A stretch of 61,361 nucleotides of DNA, the filler included. It is 4 parts of 4 records of this genome, joined end to end, with 100 filler letters (N's around TTAATTAATTAA, not from the genome) between each part and the next. Parts side by side here need not be neighbours in the genome. Positions count along the whole stretch, not along the records: positions 40,471 to 52,155 come from DRR378314_1203; positions 52,256 to 61,361 come from DRR378314_1206; 2 more parts are not named here. The stretch is one strand, 5' to 3'. A program made the translations under genes and the position numbers. Positions 49,101-61,361 of this stretch are shown piece by piece. How positions within the stretch are numbered: position 1 is the first letter of the stretch; every line of letters starts with the position of its first letter. The notes under the pieces are model-generated. The model made no database searches. It worked only from the letters and a program-made list of their open reading frames with translations, and was not told the DNA's origin.

Positions 49101-51711
49101 TTACTAGAAACGCATGCGCCACTTCGCGCTCACACAAAAACGTACTGGACTGGATATATCTCGCCGGTGCTGGTATATGATCTGTGGTCCTTTTTTCTTC
49201 GTTTTTCTTACTCCGGCGTTCTTCAGCAATCGAGAAACGACTTCATTGACCATATCATACTGGGTCAGCGCCGCTCCGGGAATCCTCGGCAGTAAAGGAG
49301 GCTTCCCGCCGCGGTACGCATAGGATACTCTCTGAGGATCGAAGGCGCGCTCGATACCCGTCACGACATGTTTAAAACAGATCGTCTTACCATCTGTATG
49401 CTCCCGCCATATGGGCTGTCGCGATGATAAGAGCGTCACTAAAGGATATGCAACTGACAAGATTCCGCCTCCAGTCGCAAACTCATAAGTGCACGGCGTA
49501 ACCGCCCCAAAATGCGACTTCATAAACACGATTTGGAGATCCTCGGGGAATGCCCCAAAATCTACGCGCGAAGTGAAGTATAATGACATATTTTCCTCTA
49601 GAAAGACATGATACATATTCTGGAAATTAAGAACGCAGTGGTGTATGATTGTGGGCGAGGTGATCACGTCAGTGCACCGATCGCTTTCGCTCAACGGAGT
49701 TGGTGACAGGTCAACGAGCTCGCGTTTGAGAAAGCGCAGCTGGTGACCTTCCAGCGGCGGCGAGGACTTTACGAAGTAGAATCTACCGTTCTTCAGGACA
49801 AGATTTCGGATTCGACATCCAGTTGACGCGGGATAATATGGCATAACGCCAGATCCTCGGGGAATATTACATTCGAAAGACGTGCGCCCTCTGAGAAAGT
49901 CGCGCGCTTCCCTGCGGTGTCGAGAGACGGAGGCGAGTTAGCGCAGGATCCGTTCCGGTCGGCGACGGCGGGCTGAGCACAACGTCACTCCTCGGTTGTC
50001 GAGAATTCGCGTGCCATGCATAGCAAGAGAGCACGAATAGCTTCGATAGATGCTTGCTAACGGAACACGTTTTCAAACGTACACGCTGTCCGTAAACTTG
50101 TCCGTATCAGTCTTTGCCCGATCTGGGTACTTTGTTTGAGCTTTCGGCTGCTGCTGCAAGCTCGTCTTCTCGTGTGTCGACGGGGACGCGCTTGGTCCTT
50201 TTTCACCTGGCAAGCAGTGCATCGCCAGCGGACAAGGTTGAGATTTAGATGGGAATGACGTGAGCGAAACAAAGAAAGCAACCGAAGCAAGACGCTGTTC
50301 CGCTCTGCTTCCTTGGCGACTTTATCTCTACATAGAGCACCTTTTCTTTGGTCTAATGGCGGAAAAGATTATTAAATCAAGATGAAGTGCAAAGTCAGCG
50401 GAAGCAGATGAAGACATCGCACTGCGCCACTGCGCTCACAGCGTTCTCTTCGGCCGTCAAGTTCGCTGGCAAGTTTAGTCGTACGCAACGACGAAACATG
50501 TGCGTCCGACAGCATGGTTGCATGATCGTTCAGAGAGACGACAAAATGGCGTTACGATACCAACACGGTAGCAGTGCTTTCAGTATGTAGGTAGAGGCTT
50601 TAGGCTGGTCTTTGAAACGGTCGTGCCTGCCAACAACGGTTTTTCTGGACTTTCCTCAGGAGGCCGAAAGCGGTGCAAGGAGGACCACGGCCCGTTTCAA
50701 CAGAAGCCGAATATGTACCGAAAAAAAAGTACTTGCGGAATATTTCACCTGTGCTTAGCTGATATAGATGCTTAAGTATTTCAGATTTTTCAAAAGCAGT
50801 ACTATGACCTCACATTGTACTACATAGCTACCTGTGATGGTATGCACCAGGTAGTGCGGAGCTGGCGAGCGCAGAGCCGCGTCTTCGAGCGCTGCGCTCA
50901 AGCATGGTGCCGTTCGGAGATCCTCGCGCCCTGCAGCTTTCACTTGCTGTTTTCTTTGCAGCAAGAGCGAAAGGGGAGCCCGACCGAGATTTTGCATCCT
51001 TTTCTGCTACGCAGTACTTCAATTTTCTACATTGTGTTCGCAGAGCATGCTTAGGGCTAGTTGCAAGAGAGAAGCCGAGCTAACGAGCACAGCGTGTGGA
51101 AACGTGGAGATTCCTGCGCGAGAAAGGCTATGGCTCTTCCAGAATCCTCAACCTTTGTTTGTGGCCTGCGGCGTATCCTACACGCATTACCCAGGACAGC
51201 CGATTGTGAAGGGCGCTGAATCAAAGAAACGTAAGCTTCTATTGCGAAACACCGCATTCAAGGTTTTTTAAAGCCACGCTTATCCAAGGAAGGTGGCTCA
51301 CTATGCATTCGGCGAGGACTGGGTGGTAATGGAGCCGTTTCTAGAAACAGAATCTCTTTCTTTTTGCCGTGCCACACACTTTTCCCCCCAGGCATTCTTA
51401 GCTATGTTGATAGACGCGACAGCGTTGCACGCCAATAGTGCCCGAATTTCGCAACAGGTGCCAGAGTACGGGCAAGAAAGGCTGAAGAGGATGCCTGAAA
51501 GCGATTCCTACCGAAAGTACTTACCTTCCGAGCTAATAGCAGAATTGTACATTATAGCTTCACGCTCTCCGTTTTGAACGAAGGCACGTTGCAGAAACAT
51601 GACCACTATGAGCGTGCTGAAGCCGGCCACGACTACGTTGCGCAGTGTTTTGGCGTGCCTGAACTCCGCCACCACTGAGTGAACAGAGAGCTTTCTTATA
51701 TAACAGACCAT
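46182..51711 (-). CDS. Glycosyltransferase family 61-like (EOGT/xylosyltransferase-related), type II membrane protein
   Basis: First exon has a TM segment (VVVAGFSTLIVVMFL). Core exon at about 49912-49146: CRIRNL, NMYHVFLE, ICFKHVVTG, IIYQHRR. Exon at about 48350-48227: RRVVEKAEL...FEHTVPEQ, splicing in phase to 46514-46182: LQIAASSDIIIGPMGAGMTELLFL. Middle and stem exons are uncertain. Confidence 0.8.
47095..47113. repeat. (CT)n microsatellite within the long GT61 intron
   Basis: ctctctctctctctctctc followed shortly by tatatatat. Confidence 0.8.
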
Positions 51712-51877
51712 GCTGCCTTGCAAAAGAAAAAGAAAGAGAGTCGCAACTACCTTTCTATAGTTCGATAACTCAGTCTAGAAATTTCTGTTATCGCGTAGCG
51801 ATGCTGCACACTCAATAGCTTGTGAGAAGAAGGATAGAAAATGTCACGCCGATGGTTGTGTAGGAAGAAAACCGAAG

Positions 51878-52155
51878 TCAGAACGAAGTACTGTGTCGCC
51901 GGTTTTCCGTATGCAGATACTCCGGTGCATGCGGGCAGAGGTGTGAGAGTTCAGCTAATGTATTCGTTAAATACAGTGTCACGCTATACCAGTCTGTGAA
52001 AATGAGTACGAGCAGTTCCACTGTGCTAACCCTAAGTTTTTCCAGTTGTTTTGAATTCATGAGCTTCCTCAGCCCTATCAACGTGCGCCATTCCTCACCA
52101 AGGATGCTAAAGAGGATCGGAAACTTACTCAACCTGACTGAAAAAGTGGGGGCGC
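51878..52155 (-). CDS. Possible terminal exon of a gene cut by the contig end
   Basis: Frame open from near the gap to TGA, with helical, protein-like text (KFPILFSILGEEWRTLIGLRKLMNSKQLEKLR). No family recognised. Confidence 0.3.
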
Positions 52156-52255
52156 NNNNNNNNNNNNNNNNNNNNNNNNNNNNNNNNNNNNNNNNNNNNT
52201 TAATTAATTAANNNNNNNNNNNNNNNNNNNNNNNNNNNNNNNNNNNNNNNNNNNN
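52156..52255. other. Artificial contig-joining spacer (N44-TTAATTAATTAA-N44)
   Basis: Same six-frame-stop linker. Confidence 0.97.
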
Positions 52256-52535
52256 CACTGCGGATTTGAAAAGCGAATCGGTGCGCTGAGAGTGCGTGCT
52301 TCGTAGTGGGAGTTCACGGCAAGTCTCACGCGTCGGGCATTCGAACTGCGGGACTCGAAAAAAGGGCATACATTGAAATCTGTGCACGTGCGGCTCCAAA
52401 GTGCCTTTGCACGCAATCAGCCGCGCGAGAATTTAGTACAAAGCGACAACGCGTCGCAAGGATGTCTGCCTGGGAAGCAGTCACCCTCCAACTTCTTCCC
52501 ATACACTCTCCGAAACGATCTCTTGCAAATCGCCG

Positions 52536-54091
52536 TTACAGAGGGCCGAGATAGTCCTCTTTGATGGTAGCTACCGCGAACTGTACATACATATAACGCG
52601 CCGCGAGCACGAGGCAGCGTCAGAGCACAAGCGAGCGCAAACTGCTCAATGTGGAGAGCGTGACCCGAGAGTTTCGTCGGCGCACTGCTGCAAGTTCCTT
52701 TGCACGAAGAGGTGCTTTCGGTGCGACAAACAGCCAAATGCGCATACGCTGTAATGGATGCATAACGTACGATATCGGAGGCGTCGAAGCGGATACCAAC
52801 GATCTTGACGCGAACGTCCGTGCCCGGCGCAATGTGGAGCGAGCTCCCTTCGCTCGAGAACGCAGGCGGGTTCGCCTCGAGGTCAAACACAACGTCATCT
52901 GGCATCATGTGCTTCGACACAAAGGCCCGCAGCGGACCGATTTTCACGAAAAAACCCATCTATTTTGTGTACAAAAACACGATGGAGCACACTCGAGGGT
53001 TAGGCTGCAGATACCGGAGGAGGGAAGCATACAATTCCTCCGCCTCATAGCACACTAGATGCACCGTCGGCGTGGCGAGCGCGCACGTCAGCTGCAAACT
53101 AGATAACCTGCGACTTCGCTCGCACAGCGAAGGTGTATAGTTGTGACCAACCGAGTCCGATCTACTCGCACACACAGTCCAAGTCGTATGTAGCAGCTGC
53201 AGTGGTCCACTTGCCTTGTTTACATGCGAGACTGTACCGTCGAAAACTTCGTTCTTGTACGGGCGGAACACGACAGCCTTGTAGGTCACGGGAAACACGG
53301 CGAAACCCGAGTGGTTGTCTACGATGCGACCCATTCCGCTGTCCAGAACCTCCACGACAGAAACAATAAAACCCGTGCGATCGGAACATGTTCCTTCAAC
53401 TTCTTTCAACAATCTATTCACCACAATTTCACGGAGATTTGGTCCAAATGACTGCGGATGAACGGACAGCGACCGTTTCAACGTCATCTGCACAGGTCGC
53501 GTTGACGCACGGAAGCAAGCAGCAGCGAACACGGCAGGAACAGAGCGTGAGGACTACGGCTGCTCAGCACAAAGCAGCAACTCCCAAGATCCAGGTCCTG
53601 GTACAGAACAGCCTTTCTACGTTACAACAGTACTTAAGTTGCCCGTGTGGAGTATTTTCAGAACTGCAAGCTGGTGAGAAGGCCTGCAAAGGAATCGGCG
53701 CGGATCCGGTCACTGGAACAAAAAGCGCGCACGGACGGACACGCTCGCCAGCTTGTAGGGCGTGGCTGCAGCAAGCGCGCCGTGCGTGCACCGGCACACC
53801 AAATGAATTCTGCGCACGCGCCAGCCGTGGCGCGCAGGTGGGGAGCACTGAAGGTGATCATCCGGGACTATAGTACTCGCGCACTCTGTACGATTCTATC
53901 CCATCCTATACGCAAGAGCTCCAACATATAGTGGCAAACGGCACACACTGCGGCTCGAGCACAGCTCGCAAGGGGCCCGCAGGCAGCACGCTGATATTGG
54001 CACACCGGGCATCCTTTCCCCCCTACGTTCGGAAGGAAAGCAACCGGTCCAACAAAGCAAAGAAAACATCGGAGCATACCAAGAAAAACAT
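52536..54091 (-). CDS. RPB7: DNA-directed RNA polymerase II subunit RPB7
   Basis: Exons 54091-54080 (MFFL), 53487-53215 (LSVHPQSFGPNL...VEGTC...YKAVVFRPYKNEVFDGTVSHVNK), 52959-52771 (MGFFVKIGPLRAFVSKH...VRVKIVG) and 52580-52536 (FAVATIKEDYLGPL*). Confidence 0.97.
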
Positions 54092-54655
54092 GATGCACGC
54101 TGACGATAGCGCCGTTCAGGCGGCGAGCACGTGCTTGGCCCGCGCGCCGTGGAGACGTTGGCGTTGCGCGCGAAAGGAGCCGCAGCGCCGTGAAAGCAGC
54201 GACGCCACTCGCTGTTGCCAGAAACACCAAAGTCTCTGTATTGCACAGAACCAAGGACATCTCGGTTCGGTTTGCACCCTTGTTGGTCAACCAGTTGCAA
54301 GAGGACCTTCCCGCGTTGCGTTTTCCGCTGCCGCGTGACTTGCGCTGGCGTGCAGCTTCGGAGTGTACGTCCATCTTGCTGTCACGCGGTTGTGTGCAAC
54401 CTCATGCGAAGCTTCGGCGCTTACATGAAGCATTGGTTGTGTATGCCTGGGTTGGAGAAGTGATACGCAGAGCCGCGGCAGGGGAAGCGGGTTCGTAGAC
54501 TTACACGGCTACAACGTGCACTCGCGTCGTTTCGCAAGCGCCACTACGCGCAGCAGCGCGCGAGTGCCCCGTTGCGCACATATATTTACAGGAACTACAT
54601 CACAGGAAAAAAGAAGGAAGCACAACCCATCAAGGAACTGTACCATACACTGTTC
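54092..54655. promoter_or_regulatory. Probable bidirectional promoter region between RPB7 and PSTK
   Basis: Two divergent start codons only about 565 nt apart; no specific element identified. Confidence 0.45.
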
Positions 54656-56787
54656 ATGGGAAAAGGACGAGGCAGCACTTTGCAATCTTGCGTATGCATT
54701 GTAGCGCTTTGCGGCGCGCCGTGCGCTGGAAAGTCGTCGATATGCGAGCACTTCGCAGCACAGTCTGGTGCCGTTCGATCCTTGCGAGTCCTGCACGTTT
54801 CTTTTGACGCAATATACGCCCAGCAATTTGGCAAATATCAATATCCACACGCATGGCACTCTGCGCGCCTTTCTTTCTTGAGCGCGTTGCGACAAAGGGC
54901 TCGTGATGCGCGGCAGGCGGAAGCTGCTGGCTCGCGCTGCAAGTGGTGCGTCTCCTGCGTTCCGCCGCTGCTGGAGCTCAGTGTGTCCGTACTCACTCCA
55001 CTTGCGATTCCCGACCGCGCCCTCCTTCGCGTGTCATACGCGTGCTATTCGTGGTATGCTTCGTTGTGTTGCTTCTCATGTAGCTCTTTACGATAAAGTT
55101 CAAGGCGAGGCAGTGATATCGCGTAGTAGAGACTCGCGCAGCTCCGTTTGCCACGTCGAGTGCGGTTTCCCGTTTGTGCGTCTGAGAAATGTACTCCGCC
55201 CTTTTCCCTGGTGCAGGCTGATTCTTGCGGACGACACCAACCATCTTGGATCGCTTCGGAAAGAAATCTTTCGCATCGCTGTAGATGAGCACACGTACTA
55301 TGCGTCACTCTTTGTTTCTGTGGGCAAAGAGACGATGCTGCAGCGACTCGCAACTCGCGCAACGTTGGCCGGTCCGCCGGTGTCCGAGGACTCTGCGTTA
55401 CGCATCGCCACTGCGCTCGAGGATCCATGCCGTGACAATTTTGCCAGCGTAACTCTTGACGACTCTTTCATGAAAAGGGAATACAACATATTGGAGACTG
55501 TGGAATGTATTTTTCGGCGTTGTCAAGCCGCGGTGCGTCTGCATGGTAGGGGAATCTGCCAACTACTGTAAGCACAGAAACAGCAGGCAACGCTTGTAAA
55601 TCGCCTGTTTCCGTGAGCAGGCAGTGGCGGAGACGTCGAGTGTGTAGCTCCAAATCAGACCAAATTGAGTGAATCTGTTGCTCTGGATTTCGTCGGAACA
55701 TTGTATTCTGTGGTCGTAGGAAACCCCGTGGTCACGTCAAGACGTGGGGCGGCAGCGGAATGAGCTCGCGGCCGCGTCGCGGAGCGCCACGAACGCCTCT
55801 GTGGCGCATCATAGGGATCTAGCGCTGCGCGCTGTCGTTCGCGCATGCGGCGCTGCTTTGGCACAGGTTTCCAAGGTACGAACAATGAAGTTGTACTTTG
55901 CCCAGTATTTGCCAGAATGCAGTACATATGATCCTTGCACCGCGCGACGGGGGCCGCGTAGCGTCACGTTCGTTTTGATTCGCGCAGCTGGGCACGCGGA
56001 CACACAGCCCCTTGATGCTCTCGCTGTCGCAGCGCGAAAGATATCTTCACCGAGTCACAATGTAACTAAGCGGCAAGGTATTTCTTAATAGAGAGGCTAT
56101 CTTTATCGTTGTCGGTTTGCACGCGGAAGACAACGCTCAGGTGGCTGGTGCTGCATCATCACGGCAGTACGGATAGCGCTGGCCGCGGCGCCTCTGGCTC
56201 CCCACTCCTGTCTCGTTGCAAGTACCTGTTCCCGCGCCGCCACGTGGACCTCTTCGTACACCGTCGTTTAGGTACTTTTCTTATGTCTGTATAAAGAATA
56301 CCGCATATGGAAAGACTGTCATGCCTATCCTGCCGTTTCGGAGGGCGCAGGCGAGGGGAATGCGTACCAACACGGCGCCGCAGTGCCCGCCATACCTGTC
56401 GCCTCTCCCGCATTTCACTACTGACTGCATTCTATGCTGCGCGACTCGGTCCGCGTCTACTTCTCTTTCCCGGCTTTTACTTTGTTATACGGTCTCCTCG
56501 GGACACGTCTGTCGGCATGCAAGGATTCTCGTGCGACTTGCATGGCTCACATTCAGTCGCAGCGGCGTAGTTTTCTGCACGAGACCGACGCTCGCGATGG
56601 CGATACGTGCTGCGGCGATGAACGGACGAATGCGAGAATGCTTGCGGTGCTGCGAAACGCCGCGCAGAGCGTTTCTGCGGGACACGATCCCGGAATCGAA
56701 CCATTCATACGCTTTTGCGCTGCAGCAGTGTCTGATGCACTAGCACGAGGTCCGAGCGCTCCTTATTGCGATCGTGACCGCGGCTAG
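54656..56787 (+). CDS. PSTK: L-seryl-tRNA(Sec) kinase (PSTK)-like P-loop kinase
   Basis: Walker A LCGAPCAGKS, HVSFD, LILADDTNHLGSLRKEIFRIA (cf. DDNFYYxSMRYEVYQLA), MLQRLATR, LEDP, and a C-terminal SVAHHRDLALRAVV (cf. HxxDxxLRxxV). The 3' exons and stop are tentative. Confidence 0.78.
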
Positions 56788-56866
56788 CAACTGTCTCTGC
56801 AGCCGCTCGCCCCGCGATGGCGCAGGAGCGCCGACTCGACGCAGTCTGCACACTCCATCACAGCCT

Positions 56867-59800
56867 CTACTGCGCCCATTTTCGCGACGCGTAGTTCGTC
56901 CACGATCCGCCTTCGCGCGCGTAGTAGTCCATGGGGTACACCTCTTTCCATTCTGTCGCTTTGAGAGCCACCTGCTCCGCATGGAGACAGAGTCAGAAAC
57001 ACACTTGTCAGAGCTGTACAGGATCTCTGGTACGAGCAAATCACGTAAATACATGTTTGCGAAGAGGATCGGTTGCCCAACACAAGGTGGATACGCTGCT
57101 GATCATAGCGGAAAGAGAGCGTCTCCGCGCTGCTTCCCTGCGCACTCTGCAGAGAAGCTACTTATAATTCGCCGCTCCGTACTATCACGGAGCCCACAGG
57201 TCTAAACATTCTCTGTCGTAAAAAGAAGAGATAGGCGCGTCGCATACGGAGAGAGATAGAGAGGAAACGCTGGGCTAGAGGCTGATTCCGAGCGCACCCG
57301 TGTGTGGGTGTTAAGGATGTAGCGCGAGCAGACGCGCAACAATGTCGGGCAAGGCAGCTCCAGGGCGCTCCTTCAAGCTCTCCTAACGCGATGTGTACAT
57401 CCAAGCGTACATCCCTGCAATGTAAGATGCACATGCTCTTTTAAAGGGATATTGTGGCAAGGTGGGGCCGTACGGGCTTGCTGCATGCTTAGGAGACATA
57501 CTTCAGCTTCGTACGGATTCAGCAGCGGCGTGTCGAAGAACGATCCCCAGTCGATCGACAGGCGAGGACATGCAATCTGCGACACGAGAGCCACCCACGA
57601 ACGGAGACCACGGCAAGAAATAATTTTACAGGCTGATTTAGTTGTCATATACAACGGCGCGCGAGGAGCGCTGTCCACCTCGCACGGTGGGTCGTCGGTT
57701 ATTCTTCTCGCTGTCAGTCGTCTGTCCGTTTCGCCGAAGACAAAGGCGATTTCGGGAAGGAAAGCGGGTGGAAGGTCTGGGATCATTATGCACGCTCTAC
57801 TAGCGCGAGATGATTCCCTAGTACACATGTGAAGAATACTTCAGTCGATGCAAACGTATGGGGACGCGGTTCATGGATTCGTTTCCTTGCATATTAGAGG
57901 CAGAGGAAGCGCTCGTCGCGCGTCACTATCGAAGCAGACCAAACAAAAAAACGCGCCACGCTCTCCCGATCCACTCCTTGCTGTGAAACGACGACTTCCC
58001 GATAGCACCGCACCTGAATCCAAGCTTGGATGTCGCTGAACTCGCGTAGCTTGTGCGGAAATATTTCCGACATCAACACCACGATGCACGATCCACCTGT
58101 GGATTCGATGAGGCTCACAAGTCGCGAGAGAATCGCCGGATTTCCCTGTCGACCTAGCGTCCCTGTGCACATCATCAGCATCACCCCCCCCCCGAAAAAA
58201 CAACAACAGCAACAAAAAACAAATACATAATGTAGAAAAGGGAAGCCACGGCTCCGTAAGTATCGCAATCTTGATGTGCATAAGCCTCCCTCTCTCTGGC
58301 TCTTCGTACTCGCTCACTACTCATGGCATGAACTCGCTCTGCGATCTCTCCTCTCGCCTGCTCCTTCCGCGCAACGTCTGAGTGATGAAGGCAACAGCAG
58401 CATCGACTACTCGGGCACCGTGATTCAGCACGTCAGATATACAAAATTCATTACGCTGGGGTTTGTTCCTCGCGCAATGAAACGCAAGGACCCCCGGAGA
58501 ACGTACCCAGTACGACCCCGAATCGTTTCGCTCCCTGCGCCCGCGCGATTGCTCCGCGGCGAACCTGATGCATCTTCTGGGTGTCATACTCCTCAAAGGT
58601 AATCCTTTAGCCAAAATCACAGACATACAGTAACACACAGACAGAAACCAACATCGATACCAGAAAAGGGGTGCAAATAAATAAAGAGCAAGGAAAAGGT
58701 CGGCATTCTTCCGTTTCCCTTCCAACAATAGTGAGTACTCATCCTAACGGGCCAAGGTGGAACGAAACAAATCAAAGAGAAATGAAACGAAAAAGTGCAG
58801 GATCATCGTGGCGCTGAAGTGCACACAGTACAAACGAATAAATACACAGGAAAGGATTGGTACGAAAGACTTAGTGCACAGGTACCTAAATACAGCCGTT
58901 GTGTAGATATTGCTAAGCGAACGACGTGGTCTCGCAGCGCGGCTGTAGGGGCCAAGAAGGCAGTCCTGCGTACTTTTGCGTGTAAGGATCGTAGCAATAC
59001 GCTTTCACATGCGGATTTCGGATCATGGCAGACTCGAGATGGAACCGACCGTCTCCGAGATAAAGCAGGACGTCTGTATCTGCTGGTAACTGAGGGGATG
59101 TACACCCCAGAACTTCTCCCGGGGACAAAGGTTTGCACTGTGGGACAAACAAGTCTGCAGATCGGTAGCAAACAAGCGGCAGGGCGCGCGGCGAGAATGT
59201 GCGCAGCGGCCGAGAAAATAATCCCGCGATTAGCTCTGAAAGCACTCTTCATACGTATCATATTCTAAATGCAATGAATGTCGGACTGGGAGAGCGAGAA
59301 AGGAAGTCTCGACGTTGAACTTGTTTCGAGTATAGGGGATATTCGGAGACAGTCTAGTAGATTGACACCGGCAATCACATCGCCGGCGGGAGCGCGATCC
59401 AGCACGTAGGCGAAGAGCGCGCAATGACAATTCACCCGTTTGCATGTTTGCCCATAGGAGAACCTTTGTACTGCGACAGTGATACGGAGAGGCTTGGAGC
59501 CCGGAATTTCCATCACATATTTTTTCTTCTTTCCTTTCGCCTTGTACCCCCTGCAAAACGTACGCGGATAGTCGGCTTGCAGGATCCCGCGCGCCTCGTG
59601 CAGTGCAGCGACGAATTGCACAGTTGAGACCATCGCAATATGCGTTTCTTTGGTGAAGTTGTCATAAACACATTTGCAGAAATGCGACACGTCGATTGCG
59701 ATTTCCACAAAGACGTACAGCACGTTCATTGTTGTGACGTCGATGGGGACGAGACAGCTGCGAAGTGCACAGGTTCGCGGCATTCACCGTCGATATTTCC

Positions 59801-60830
59801 CATTAGCAGAAATTACAACACAGAGCAGTACATCAACGCCGTTTCCAGCTAAATGAGAGGTGGACGTATTGTGTGACCCATCGCTGAATGCTCATCAACT
59901 GCGTATTTGGCATCAGCTTCTTGCGACACCTGAGCACGGGCCAGGGGGGAGGAAAACTTAGGGTGAGCACAGAAGGAGGCTGTCATGTGGACGGGAAGAA
60001 ACGAAACAGCGACCGACAGTCTTGCACCACCGTACAGCGGAATCGATATGATACAGTGTGTGCACATGCGCAGTAGATCGAGCAATATAGCGACAGCGAC
60101 CGCAGCAAAACAATTCCATACTAAACTCTTCACGCATATCCATCGGCGGCGCGATTCTCGCTGGGACGAATCACCGGCATTAGCGAGAGCGCGCTCGAAC
60201 TCAGTGAGAACTGCAAGATCGGCCGCACAGGATACCCACATTTTTTCCTTCACTTGACAGCACTGGACGTCCGTACGAGTTCGTACGGATCACGTTTTCC
60301 TCAGAGCAGACTCTCTGCGCTTACCTATGGCCGTAGTGAACGAGAAAGTCCGCGCCGAGCGCTCTCGCGGAGAAATCATCGACGCAGCACGCTCCGTACG
60401 TAACATCGCCCATAATGATCACATCCTCAGCGCCCGAGAACCTAACATCAGATCCAATGTAAAATAGAAAGAACAAAAGGGCAGGCGAGCATGATGAGGT
60501 GGAGCGGAAGCGGATAAGGCAACGGCTGGAGGGAGGATAAGAAGCACAGTCCAAGTCAGAGATGTGACGACTTTCGTCACCGCTACGAACCTTTCCACGA
60601 TGTCGGCAATGACACATGCGTACATCAACAGGCCCTCCGGGAACTGCAAAGCCACCTTTTTTGCCTCCGCGCAACGTATCCTCCACACAGTTTTGTGTAT
60701 CTCGAAATTGTAGTTGGAGGGCAGCACGGCGATGCACTCGTTTAGAAGCGGATCGTTCCGGAGCTCGTCGGGGACGGGACCTACAGGAGCGCGGCGCGGC
60801 GCGGCTTTCGCAAGCGCGCCGCTGCTCCGG
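56867..60830 (-). CDS. DPH1: Diphthamide biosynthesis protein 1 (2-(3-amino-3-carboxypropyl)histidine synthase subunit 1)
   Basis: [82 protein letters not shown] and YPMDYY; stop TAG at 56867. The three Fe-S cysteines are present. The first exon and start were not located (probably 60830-61200). Confidence 0.97.
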
Positions 60831-61330
60831 CGCGGGTGCAGCAGTGCACAGTCGTCGTTAGACAAGCGTCGTTCTGGGATGCATACCCCCGGCAACCACC
60901 GAGTACGGAGACCAAAGGAACGGAGGAGGGAGAGAGAGACAAAAAAAGAAACAACAGGTTCCGGGCAGTGCGCGGAGGGAAATACGGACGCGGTGGTAGG
61001 GCGCGTGTCTCAGAAGCGCAGCTCAGGAGCAGTGGGAGCACGCGTGGCCACGCCAGCAGCACCCAGATTCCAGTGTCAGACACAAGAAGGTGCGACACCA
61101 TGGGCGCTACACCGCAATTTCTGAAAAGTGCGCGGAAAAAACGGTACCGGATTCCCTTCCCCACGAGACACGGCATCGATAAGAACTTGGGACGTCATGA
61201 AGGTCACGCCGTATCGTGGACGCACGAAGCGTGGACGTGCGGCGGGTCGCTTTGACAGCCGCAGCGCACCTGTCGCCGCCTGCTGCCTTCTTCCTTCGAC
61301 CAACAAAGCGCCTGCGGCGCTCCCGCTGCG

Positions 61331-61361
61331 GTTGCTGCTGCTGCTGCTGCTGTTGTTGTTG
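61331..61361. repeat. (GCT)n(GTT)n trinucleotide microsatellite
   Basis: gttgctgctgctgctgctgctgttgttgttg at the window end. Confidence 0.8.

Noticed and set aside
52536..60830. RPB7-PSTK-DPH1 as an operon-like gene-expression cluster
   Set aside because: Alternating strands and unrelated pathways; close spacing is normal in a compact genome.
1..61361. CRISPR arrays, rRNA, tRNA, intact transposase or reverse transcriptase genes
   Set aside because: No spaced direct repeats, structural RNA signatures, or DDE/RT/integrase motifs were recognised by eye. Degenerate elements cannot be excluded.

Overview
Gene-dense, intron-rich, GC-rich genomic DNA from a microbial eukaryote (lineage not determinable from sequence alone). 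It uses the standard genetic code and GT-AG introns, with one clear GC-AG intron. The window is not contiguous: four contigs are joined by 100-nt artificial spacers (N44-TTAATTAATTAA-N44) at 31900-31999, 40371-40470 and 52156-52255. Contig 1 carries an unidentified partial gene, a Rabenosyn/Vac1-like FYVE protein, a DUF1295 membrane protein, EME1, a GH99 endo-alpha-mannosidase, an unconventional myosin with about 10 IQ motifs that appears to splice onto a C-terminal RUN domain, and a large EF-hand/coiled-coil/C2 protein. Contig 2 carries a membrane-anchored glyoxalase-like protein, YKT6 and the 3' part of MON2. Contig 3 is visibly lower in GC, with decayed coding-like DNA and a divergent GT61 glycosyltransferase. 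Contig 4 carries RPB7, PSTK and DPH1. The most unusual element is the myosin-RUN architecture, together with a 125-nt frame-breaking segment that could switch between a RUN-less and a RUN-bearing motor. No rRNA, tRNA, CRISPR array or intact transposon was recognised. Exon boundaries were read by eye, and family calls rest on recalled motifs, not database searches.
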